Made by a program: the position numbers and the translations under genes. 64,000 nt of DNA from an uncultured delta proteobacterium (lineage in GTDB: Bacteria > Myxococcota_A > UBA9160 > SMWR01), in assembly GCA_963785985.1 (NCBI GenBank), contig CAWAXD010000017.1, positions 31,085-95,084 of the forward strand, read 5' to 3'. Under the pieces are notes generated by a model. The model was not told where the DNA came from, ran no database searches, and was given only the letters and a program-made list of their open reading frames with translations. Positions within the stretch are counted from its first letter, which is position 1. The number at the start of each line of letters is the position of its first letter. Positions 39,673 to 47,980 of the stretch are shown piece by piece.

Positions 39673-41184
39673 CTACTCGTCCGCCTCGGCGCCATCGCCG
39701 CCCGCTAGCGAGCGCGGCAGCTCGCGGTCGAGCAACGACGCAGTGGCCGGCGCGAAGCGGAGATCCGGAAGCAGCGCGACGTAGAACGCGTCGTGACGCA
39801 GCACGTTGCGGGGTGGACGCTGGTTCAGATCCTGGAAGAAGACGTTCATGCGCGTCTGCGGTCTCACCGCCTTGAGGACGCCTCCGTTGTAGGTGAGGTA
39901 GCGAAGGCGCTCCCCGGCGGCGCGATCCGCGAGCCCTTCGACGCCATAGAGCACCACGAGCCGCGACGTGGGTTCGAGCCGCGCCATCTGCCCTTCGACG
40001 AAGGCGACCAGGCGCAGCGGCAGCTCGCCATCCGGGTGCTGCGCCCGCTCCCAGAGCGGGCGCCAGGGAAAGGCGAGCAGCGGGAGCAGCAGGAACGCCC
40101 AGGCGAGACGCGGCCGCCGCGCTGGAGCGAACGCGCGCCCGAGAGCCGTGAGCGCCAGCGCCGCGAGCAGTGCGAGCGGCGTCTCGAGTGGAATCGAGAA
40201 GCGGCGCTGCGGAAACGGCAACACGACGAAGGGAGCGAGCGCGAGCGCGATCCAGATCGCACACAGCAGCGCGCCGCGAGCGGTGGCGCTCGCGCCTGCC
40301 CCGGAGCGCAACGCGGCAACGCCTCCCGCGAGGCACAGCGCCGCGAGTGCCAGCAACCCGGACGCCCCTCGGCAGGCGATCTCGAGCTGCGCGACGGCGA
40401 TCAGCAGGGAATGCGCATCGAGGGCCTGCGTATACAGCACGCGATCCCCGGTCGCGGCCAGCACGCCGAAGCGCAGCACGAGATACGCCCCGGTCGTGAC
40501 TGCGAAGGGAGCGATCTGCCGCGCCGCGCGCAGCCAGGCGCTGGCCGTCAGCGCGAAGCCTGCTTCGAACAGCGCCACTGCGAAGAGCAGCGCCGGGAGC
40601 ACGACGGCGGACTCGTTGCACAGCAGCGCGGCGACGAGCGCGAGCCAGGCGCCCCAGCGAGCCACGCCTCCGCCGCCGCGCAGCGCGCTCAGGAACCACG
40701 CTACGCACAGCGCCGATGCGAGGCTCGCCGCCACGTAATGGAAGATCGTCCCCTGATAGATCTCGCCGAGCGAGGCCGCCCCCGCGACGCCAAGCATTCC
40801 CGCGGCCACCGCTGCGTGCGTGTCGCAACCGAGCTGGCGCGCGAGACGGTAGACCACGAGTCCGCACGTGAAGTGCACGGCGAGCGAGACGGCGAAGAAG
40901 CCCGGCGCCGAGAGTCCGAAGGCCGCGACCGCGAGCCGGAAGTACGTCTGCATCCCGAGCGGCCGATAGAAGGGCCAGAAGCGCTCTCCGAGCGGCAGAT
41001 AGGCGTCGCGCCAGCTCCACACGTCGGGGCGCTGAACCAGGGCCAGGAAGGCGAAGTCGTCGCCCGAGAACCACTCGCGCGAGGCGACGAAGCCGCTCGC
41101 TGCGACCATCGCCGTCACGAGCGCGGCGCACGCCGCCGCAAATCCGCGTTCCCCATTCAGGATCGGCGCCGAGCGCTGGCGCAT
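39673..41184 (-). CDS. GT-C-like multi-pass membrane protein
   Basis: WFSGDDF, FYRPLG and LLCNE motifs; many TM helices. Confidence 0.7.
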   Translation of the reverse strand: MRQRSAPILNGERGFAAACAALVTAMVAASGFVASREWFSGDDFAFLALVQRPDVWSWRDAYLPLGERFWPFYRPLGMQTYFRLAVAAFGLSAPGFFAVSLAVHFTCGLVVYRLARQLGCDTHAAVAAGMLGVAGAASLGEIYQGTIFHYVAASLASALCVAWFLSALRGGGGVARWGAWLALVAALLCNESAVVLPALLFAVALFEAGFALTASAWLRAARQIAPFAVTTGAYLVLRFGVLAATGDRVLYTQALDAHSLLIAVAQLEIACRGASGLLALAALCLAGGVAALRSGAGASATARGALLCAIWIALALAPFVVLPFPQRRFSIPLETPLALLAALALTALGRAFAPARRPRLAWAFLLLPLLAFPWRPLWERAQHPDGELPLRLVAFVEGQMARLEPTSRLVVLYGVEGLADRAAGERLRYLTYNGGVLKAVRPQTRMNVFFQDLNQRPPRNVLRHDAFYVALLPDLRFAPATASLLDRELPRSLAGGDGAEADE

Positions 41185-42206
41185 CAGCGCAATCGCCAGA
41201 GACAGGCTTCGCTGCCATGCTGCGAGTGGCTGCGGCCGACACCGATCGAAGCATCTGCCGAGAGCCCGAACAACTCGCTCGAAAAACCGCCTCCGGGCAG
41301 ATCACCAAGCGGTGTCATCACGCCCGCGCGCCACAGGAAGGCCTCGAAGCCGGCGCCCGACCAACCCTGACCGCCCACGCTGCGTCCGTCGGCGGAGACC
41401 GCCGCCGCCAGCGCGTTCACGCGCCCCCCGGCGAGGTCGCCGAGACCGCGCATCACTCCGCCTTCCCAGCGGAAGGCTTCGAGCCCCGCCGCCGACTCGC
41501 TCTGCCCGACGATGACCGAGCCATCGGCGGAGACAGCGAACGCCTTGCTGTAGAAGCGGCCGCCCGGCAGATCGCCGAGGCCCGTGAGCTTCCCCGCGCG
41601 CCAGACGAACGCCTCCGGGCCCTGTGCCGAGAGGCTGAAACCCACCACGGTCGTGCCATCGGCGGAGACGCCGAAGGCCTCGCTGAAGAAGTCGCCACCG
41701 GGCAGATCGCCGAGACCCGCGATCGCGCCGCGCCGCCAGATCACCGCCTCGGGCCCGGCCGTTCCAACGCCTTGCCCGACGATCACCGCGCCATCGGCCG
41801 AGACGCCGTAGGCCGTGCTCGCGAAGCGTCCGCCCGGCAGATCGCCGAGACCGAGCATGACCCCGCCCTCCCAGCGAAACGCTTCCGGTCCGTTGACTCC
41901 GGTGCCCTGTCCCACGACGACCGCGCCATCGGCCGATGCCGCGGAGGCCTCGCTCACGAAATCACCGCCGGGCAGGTCGCCCAGACCCTGCATCTTGCCG
42001 CCTTCCCAGCGGAAGGCCTCCGGTCCGTTCGCCGACTGGCTGCGGCCGACGATGACGCGACCGTCCGCCGAGACCCCGAAGGCCTCGCTCGAGGTCTCGC
42101 CGCCCGGAAGGTCCCCGAGCCCTTCGGGCGCGGCTCTGGCGGCGGTGGCATCCGCCGAGCTCGCGAGCAGCAGGCACAGCGCGAAACAGCGGAGCGGGCC
42201 GAGCAT
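41184..42206 (-). CDS. Secreted HAF-repeat protein (seven ~45-aa repeats)
   Basis: Seven LGDL(P/A)GG...S.A..VSADG...VG...EA..W units after a signal peptide. Confidence 0.85.
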   Translation of the reverse strand: MLGPLRCFALCLLLASSADATAARAAPEGLGDLPGGETSSEAFGVSADGRVIVGRSQSANGPEAFRWEGGKMQGLGDLPGGDFVSEASAASADGAVVVGQGTGVNGPEAFRWEGGVMLGLGDLPGGRFASTAYGVSADGAVIVGQGVGTAGPEAVIWRRGAIAGLGDLPGGDFFSEAFGVSADGTTVVGFSLSAQGPEAFVWRAGKLTGLGDLPGGRFYSKAFAVSADGSVIVGQSESAAGLEAFRWEGGVMRGLGDLAGGRVNALAAAVSADGRSVGGQGWSGAGFEAFLWRAGVMTPLGDLPGGGFSSELFGLSADASIGVGRSHSQHGSEACLWRLR

Positions 42207-42294
42207 GCGCCTCTCTCGGACTGGCGTCCGGCTGCGTCAGATACCACGAGCGGCAGGCGGCGCAAGCCGAGACGGCGGGCAGTATGCTGCAGCG

Positions 42295-43626
42295 ATGGAC
42301 GAGCCGCGCGGCACGGGGACGCACGCTGCGCGCGCGAGCGGAGCGGCAGCGGCGCGTGATCCTGCGGCGCGCCTCCCGAAGTACGCGAGCCTCGGCTTCA
42401 AGATCCTGGCCGTGCTCCTGCTGCCCGGCGCCTTCATCCGTTACGCGCACGGCAACCTCGAGCTCAACGACTTCTCCGTCTACTACACCGCCGCGCACGC
42501 GGTGCTCGAGGGCCTCGATCCCTACGCGACCCGCGGCCCGAGCGGTCGCCCGTACATCTATCCACCCGGCTTTGCCGTCCTGCTCGCGCCGCTCGCCGCC
42601 CTGCCCTATCCCGTCGCCGCCGTGCTCTGGACCGTTCTCGGCTTCGCGGCCGTGCTCACGAGCCTCTGGCTGTGTCTCGACCTGCTCGGCGTCGCGAGGG
42701 GCGCGACCGCCTGGATCCTCGGCGGTTTCACTCTCGTGTGTAGCGGACGCATGCTCGACGGTGAGCTCGGCAATGGTCAGGCCAATTACTGGGTGCTGCT
42801 CGGGATCGCAGCCAGCGTCTGGCTCGTGGCGCGCCGCCGCGCGGCGCTCGGGGGCTTCGCTCTCGCGTTTGCGATCGTCGCCAAGCTGACGCCGCTGCTG
42901 CTGGTGCCCTACTACGCCATGCGACGCGAGTGGCGCGCCTGCGCCGGAGTGGCGGCGGGGATCGCGATCCTGGGCGGTCTGTTGCCCGCGCTGGCGCTGG
43001 GGCCGCGCGCGGCGCTCGACGCGAACCGCGCCTGGGTGCGGACCGTGGCGCAACCGACCCTCCCCCACCTCGAGCGCACGACCCGGCAGCCCAGCGATGT
43101 TCCCGCGAGGACGCACGGCTACTCGCTGCGCTCGTACGTCCTGCGTCTCCTCACCTTCACGCGGGCCGAGGCGCACTACGACGAGCCGGTCTTCGTGAAC
43201 GCCGTCGCCTGGTCCGCGCGCACGGCCGAAGCGATCTACCTCGGCCTCGCCCTGCTCGCGCTGGCCGGCCTGGCGCTCGCGCTCGGCACGCGCCCACCGC
43301 GCGACCCGCCCCGCTGGCTGCTCGAAGTCGCCTGCGTGGCCACCACGATGGTTCTGATCTCGCCGCTTTCGCGCAAGGCGCACTTCGTGGTTCTGCTGCT
43401 GCCCTTCGCCTACGGCGTGACGCGGGCGCTCGAGGACAGGAGCCGCGCGGCCGCGGTCTGGGTCGTGCCGCCCGCGCTCGTGTTCGGATTGACATCACAG
43501 CATGTCATCGGCGACCACGCCGCTGCGCTCGCGCTGGCTTGGGGCTCCTTCACGCTCGCCACGCTCTGGCTGTGGGTCGGGGCGCTGCTCGCGAGCTGGC
43601 GCGGGCGGCGCCAGCGCCTGGGCTAG
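42295..43626 (+). CDS. GT87 (DUF2029) glycosyltransferase
   Basis: DFSVYY, YIYPP, GNGQAN and KLTP motifs. Confidence 0.85.
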   Translation: MDEPRGTGTHAARASGAAAARDPAARLPKYASLGFKILAVLLLPGAFIRYAHGNLELNDFSVYYTAAHAVLEGLDPYATRGPSGRPYIYPPGFAVLLAPLAALPYPVAAVLWTVLGFAAVLTSLWLCLDLLGVARGATAWILGGFTLVCSGRMLDGELGNGQANYWVLLGIAASVWLVARRRAALGGFALAFAIVAKLTPLLLVPYYAMRREWRACAGVAAGIAILGGLLPALALGPRAALDANRAWVRTVAQPTLPHLERTTRQPSDVPARTHGYSLRSYVLRLLTFTRAEAHYDEPVFVNAVAWSARTAEAIYLGLALLALAGLALALGTRPPRDPPRWLLEVACVATTMVLISPLSRKAHFVVLLLPFAYGVTRALEDRSRAAAVWVVPPALVFGLTSQHVIGDHAAALALAWGSFTLATLWLWVGALLASWRGRRQRLG

Positions 43627-43651
43627 AGTGACGGCCGCAAGGAGAGCGTCG

Positions 43652-44035
43652 ATGGATGCGGACGCGCTGGCCCGCCTCGACCGGGAGGCCTACCTGAATC
43701 TGGCGACGTTCCGCCGCAGCGGAGTCGCCGTGGAGACACCGGTGTGGTTCGCCGCGCACGCCGGCCGGCTCTACGTGTTCACGGAAGGCAAGGCGGGCAA
43801 GGTGAAGAGACTGCGCGCCAACCCCGAGATCCGCGTGGCGCCGTGCGGTGTGCGCGGCAGCCTGAAGGGGCCCTGGCTCCCGGGCCGGGCGCGCCGCGTC
43901 GAGGACGCCGCGACGCTGGCTGCGGCCTACCGGGCGCTGCGCCGCAAGTACGGCATCCAGATGTGGCTGCTCGACACGTTCTCCCGGCTCGCCGGGCGCT
44001 ACGACGCGCGCGCCATGCTCGAGCTCGAGATCTGA
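43652..44035 (+). CDS. PPOX-class F420-dependent oxidoreductase (Rv2061-like)
   Basis: AAGGAG RBS; YLNLATFRRSG.AVETPVW, GKVKRLR.NP and APCGVRG motifs. Confidence 0.85.
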   Translation: MDADALARLDREAYLNLATFRRSGVAVETPVWFAAHAGRLYVFTEGKAGKVKRLRANPEIRVAPCGVRGSLKGPWLPGRARRVEDAATLAAAYRALRRKYGIQMWLLDTFSRLAGRYDARAMLELEI

Positions 44036-44105
44036 TGCGAAGCCGCTCCTGCGCGGCTTCGCGGGACGCGCGCAAGCGCGCCGCGCGGCGCGCTTGCGCG
44101 TCGCT

Positions 44106-45482
44106 TCAGTCGCCGTAACCGAGCGACTCGAGCTGCGCGCGCGTCGCAGCGTCGATCTCGGCGGCTTTCGGCGCGCTCCGGCGCGCGCCTCCAGCTCCCT
44201 CGCCGAGGGCCCGCAAGGCGTCGAGCTCGGCGCCCTGTTGGGCCGCGACGTCGTGGATCTCGCCCGGGTCCTGGTCGATTCGATACAGCTCTGGCGCCGC
44301 GCCTTCCGTCACGATCGCCTTCCACGGCCAGCGCAGCCAGGCGCGGCGCTCGGGCCCATAGAGCATCTTTTCGGAGACGAGCAGCCGCGCGGGCGGCGCG
44401 GCTCCACCGCAGATCAGCGGCCACAGCGACACGCCCGCGAGACCTTCCGGCGGCGGAACACCGAGCGCATCGAGAAGCGTCGGCAGCAGGTCGACGTGCG
44501 AGACCGGCGCGTCGATGCGCGCTGCGCGCAGGCCAGGAGTCCAGACGACCAGCGGCACGTGCAGCAGCTCCCCGTGGAGCGTGTGCCCATGCTCGAAGCC
44601 CCCGTGGTCGAACAGCTCTTCACCGTGGTCGGAAGTGAAGACGACGAGCAGCCGCTCGCCATAGGCCTCGTGCTCGAGCGCGTCGAAGAGCTTCGCGAGC
44701 GCGCGATCGACGCCGAGCAGCTCCTCGTCGTAGGCCGCTGCGACGAAGCCGCGATCGGCCGGGCTGTCCACCACCTGCTTCGCCGTCAGCGGGGCGATGC
44801 TCGCGAGCGGCAGGTGCAATGGGCCCGCATAGCCCGCCGTGAAGAGGCCGCGCACGCCTGGCGGCGGGTCGTACGGCGCGTGGGGCTCCATCAGATGGAG
44901 CACCAGCAGAAACGGACGCTCGTCGCGCGCGGCGAGCCACTGCAATGCGGCCTCGACCATCCGGTCCGCACGCGGCGGCTTGTCGAAGCCACGGAACAGG
45001 TAGCGATACGTCTCGAAGCCTCGCGCGACGCCGAAGCTCGGGTGCAGGAATGGATTCTCGACCAGCGCGGCGGTGGCGAAGCCCGCCGCGCGCAGCGTCT
45101 CGGCGAGCACCGGCAGATCCGCAGGCAGCGGCGCGTAGTTCGGTCGCGGTGCGGGGCCGAGCCGCGTGCCCGCGCCGTGCACCGCCGGAGGCTGCCCGGT
45201 GTAGAGCGAGGCGAAGCTGGGAAGCGTCCAGGGCGAGCTCGCGAAGGCGCGTTCGAAGACGACGCCGCGCGCGGCGCGGGCATCGAGCGCCGGCGAGGTC
45301 GGCCGCTGCGAGCCGTAGACTCCGAGATGATCGGCGCGCACGGTGTCGACGACGATCAGCAGCACCGAGCGGGGCCGCGGCTCGGGATGGGAACAGGCCA
45401 GCACGGCCGCGAGCCCGAGCGACACGAGCGCCGCGCTCGCCGCTCGCCGGAAGCGGGCTCGCAGCGGCGCGAAGACGATCAC
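44106..45482 (-). CDS. Sulfatase-like lipoprotein
   Basis: VLAC lipobox; VDTVRADHLG.YG, PWTLPSFASLYTG and TSDHGEE motifs; GTGA-coupled to the upstream gene. Confidence 0.87.
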   Translation of the reverse strand: MIVFAPLRARFRRAASAALVSLGLAAVLACSHPEPRPRSVLLIVVDTVRADHLGVYGSQRPTSPALDARAARGVVFERAFASSPWTLPSFASLYTGQPPAVHGAGTRLGPAPRPNYAPLPADLPVLAETLRAAGFATAALVENPFLHPSFGVARGFETYRYLFRGFDKPPRADRMVEAALQWLAARDERPFLLVLHLMEPHAPYDPPPGVRGLFTAGYAGPLHLPLASIAPLTAKQVVDSPADRGFVAAAYDEELLGVDRALAKLFDALEHEAYGERLLVVFTSDHGEELFDHGGFEHGHTLHGELLHVPLVVWTPGLRAARIDAPVSHVDLLPTLLDALGVPPPEGLAGVSLWPLICGGAAPPARLLVSEKMLYGPERRAWLRWPWKAIVTEGAAPELYRIDQDPGEIHDVAAQQGAELDALRALGEGAGGARRSAPKAAEIDAATRAQLESLGYGD

Positions 45483-46342
45483 GCTCGCTGTCGCTGCAGC
45501 TGACGCGCGGTGAGCGTGCTGCCGTCGGGGCTCCAGCCCGGCGGGCGCAAGAGATGACCGGCCCGGTCGCGCCACGAACGCGCCTGCCAGACGTCGCGGA
45601 ACATCGCCTGCCACTCGTGGAACGCGATCCGGAACGGACGGAAGGTCCGGAGGTTCTTCGTGAGTCCGTAGTCGACCGCTGCCGCCTCGGGCTCGAAGCT
45701 GCCGAAGAGCCGGTCCCACACGATCAGGATGCCGCCGTAGTTGCGGTCGAGATACTCGACGTTCGAGCCATGGTGCACGCGGTGATGCGAGGGCGTGTTG
45801 AGCACCCACTCGAGCGGACCGAGCCGCCCGATGAACTCGGTGTGGATCCAGAATTGATAGATCAGGCTCACGGCCTGCGCCGTCAGGATCATCGACGGGT
45901 GAAAGCCGATCAGCGCGAGCGGCACCCAGAAGATCGGACCCGTGAGCGGCGTGGTCCAGGATTGGCGCAGCGCGGTCGAGAGGTTGTAGTGGCGGCTCGA
46001 GTGATGGTTGACGTGCGCCGCCCAGAAGAAGCGCACCTCGTGGTGGACGCGATGGAACCAGTAGTAACAGAAGTCCTCGGCGAAGAAGAGCAGCAGCCAG
46101 GCCCAGGGGCCCGTACCGACGTCGAACAGGCGCACGGCATAGGCGCCGAAGAAGACCGCGAGGGCGGCGGCCTTCGTCGCCGCGGCCACCACGACGTTGC
46201 CGAGCCCCATCGCGAGACTCGCCCATGTGTCGCGGGTCTCGTACCCCTTCGCACCCGGCGGCAGTCGGCGCCTGGCCAGCCAGTACTCGAACAGCAACAG
46301 CGCGATGAACACGGGCGTCGCGTAGGCGATCAGATCGGACAC
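45479..46342 (-). CDS. Sterol desaturase / fatty acid hydroxylase family protein (alkylglycerol monooxygenase-like)
   Basis: His boxes YWFHRVHH, WAAHVNHHSS, QFWIHTE and TPSHHRVHHG; DRNYGG. Confidence 0.9.
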   Translation of the reverse strand: MSDLIAYATPVFIALLLFEYWLARRRLPPGAKGYETRDTWASLAMGLGNVVVAAATKAAALAVFFGAYAVRLFDVGTGPWAWLLLFFAEDFCYYWFHRVHHEVRFFWAAHVNHHSSRHYNLSTALRQSWTTPLTGPIFWVPLALIGFHPSMILTAQAVSLIYQFWIHTEFIGRLGPLEWVLNTPSHHRVHHGSNVEYLDRNYGGILIVWDRLFGSFEPEAAAVDYGLTKNLRTFRPFRIAFHEWQAMFRDVWQARSWRDRAGHLLRPPGWSPDGSTLTARQLQRQRA

Positions 46343-46347
46343 GCGCG

Positions 46348-46995
46348 CTAGCCCTCCAGCTCGGCGCGCACGATCCGCTCGAGCCACGCGAAGCTGCGGC
46401 GCGCCGCCTCGGGGTCCTCGTGGACGAGCCCCCCCAGCGCGGCGCCCTGGAGCGCCGCGATCACGGCGTCGACGATGGCGTCGAAAGCGGGATTCGAGGC
46501 GGCCGCGCGCGGAAACAGCTCGCGCGCTTCGCGCAGCAGGTTCGCGTGGTGGCGGGCGAGCACGGGCGCCAGCTGGGCGCGCAACACCGGATCGGTACGC
46601 GACGCCGTGTAGAGCTCGAGCGCCGCGAGCAGGCGGCGTTCGCCGAACGTGCGCACGAGCTGGCGCAATGCGGCGCCGAGACCATCTCCCTGCGTGGGGA
46701 CCTCGGCGAAGGCCGCGCGGAAATCCTCGATCAGCGCTGCGAACAGACGCTCGGCCGTGGCGCCGACGAGCCCGGCCTTGCTCGAAAAATGCTTGAACAG
46801 CGCACCCTGGGAGAGGCGCGCGCGGCGGCAGACTTCCGTCGTGGTGAGGGCGGCGTAGCCCTGCGCGACGAAGGCCTCGATCGCGGCGACGAGCAGGCGC
46901 TCGCGCGTCGCGGCGCTGCGGGCCTGACGCCGGCGCGGTGCTGCGGGCTCCTCGGCAGGCGGGAGGACGCGAACGGCGCGAGCGGGCGGCGGCAT
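46348..46995 (-). CDS. TetR/AcrR family transcriptional regulator
   Basis: TRERLL.AA...F...GY..LTT.EV...A.LSQGALFKHF.SK. Confidence 0.9.
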   Translation of the reverse strand: MPPPARAVRVLPPAEEPAAPRRRQARSAATRERLLVAAIEAFVAQGYAALTTTEVCRRARLSQGALFKHFSSKAGLVGATAERLFAALIEDFRAAFAEVPTQGDGLGAALRQLVRTFGERRLLAALELYTASRTDPVLRAQLAPVLARHHANLLREARELFPRAAASNPAFDAIVDAVIAALQGAALGGLVHEDPEAARRSFAWLERIVRAELEG

Positions 46996-47087
46996 CGCGC
47001 GAGCGTAGCCAGACCGAAAGAAAGCGACAAGTCACTTTCTTTACAGGGCGCGAGCCGCTCCGCGACGCTTCCGAGCCCGCCCGCTCG

Positions 47088-47708
47088 TCAAGCCGGCCGA
47101 CCCACGATCACCGCGGGCCCTCGGCAGGCCTCGAGCACACGCCGGCTGTAGCCCGCAGGAATCGGCTCGCTGCGCCGGAGCATCTCCGAAATCCGCGCGG
47201 GACCCCAGTTGTAGGCGGCGAGCGCAATGGCCAGGTTCCCGTAGCGCATGCGAAGTCGCTCGAGATATGCGACTCCGAGGCGCACGTTGGTCACGGGGTC
47301 GAAGAGCGTCACGGGGCCATTCCAGCGCACGCCGATGCCATGCGCGACCGCTTCCGCCGTGCGCGGCCGCAGCTGCATCAGACCCAGAGCGCCTTTGGGC
47401 GAGACGGCAAAGGGGTCGCCGCCGCTCTCGACGCGGATCACGGCGAGCACGAACTCGGGCGAGAAGCCCGCGCGCCGGGCCTCCCGGGCGATCGTGCGCG
47501 CTACGCGGCCGCGCTCGGACGGCAGCAGCCCCACGCCCAGCTCGCCGAGGGCCAGGTCGATCGCCGGAACCTCCGGAGTCCAGGGCGCATCGGGCCCGGC
47601 TGCACCGGATTCCGTGCTCACGAAGCCGGCGAACGGCGCACCGCCAGACGACAGGGAGAAGATCGCGAGCACCGCGAGCAGAGCTGTCCACGTACGTTGA
47701 TTGCGCAT
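47088..47708 (-). CDS. Lytic transglycosylase (SLT domain)
   Basis: VIRVESG, SPKGALGLMQL and LAAYNWGP motifs. Confidence 0.9.
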   Translation of the reverse strand: MRNQRTWTALLAVLAIFSLSSGGAPFAGFVSTESGAAGPDAPWTPEVPAIDLALGELGVGLLPSERGRVARTIAREARRAGFSPEFVLAVIRVESGGDPFAVSPKGALGLMQLRPRTAEAVAHGIGVRWNGPVTLFDPVTNVRLGVAYLERLRMRYGNLAIALAAYNWGPARISEMLRRSEPIPAGYSRRVLEACRGPAVIVGRPA

Positions 47709-47715
47709 GGGCGAC

Positions 47716-47812
47716 CCCCTTTCGGCAGCCGTTCGACCCTGCCGGGCGGACCCGGCGTCGGGCACTGGCTTTGCGTCACCGGCTCTCGCCGGGTTTGCTC
47801 TTCTCGAGGAGC
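47716..47812 (-). ncRNA. GEMM-I (c-di-GMP-I class) riboswitch with A at position 20 (c-AMP-GMP-type variant)
   Basis: Minus strand: GAGCAAAC-CCGGC-GAGA-GCCGG-UGACGCAAAGCC...GGCUGCCGAAAG, directly upstream of the SLT gene. Confidence 0.75.
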
Positions 47813-47980
47813 AGCCGTCCCCGGGGGACGGTCACCTCCCATCAGCGCCCAATGACCTGGCGCTGTCTCACCCCATCTTTTCGGAAGGCCGCTTAGGTGA
47901 CCTAACCCCCGTGGGAAACCCGAGGGGATACACGGAGCTTGCCAATCTGTCTGCCGGCGGCTTGCGTGCGGAAGGATTTC

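Noticed and set aside
41184-42206. Regular ~135-bp DNA repeats as a CRISPR array
   Set aside because: They are degenerate coding repeats of the HAF protein, with no spacers or cas genes.
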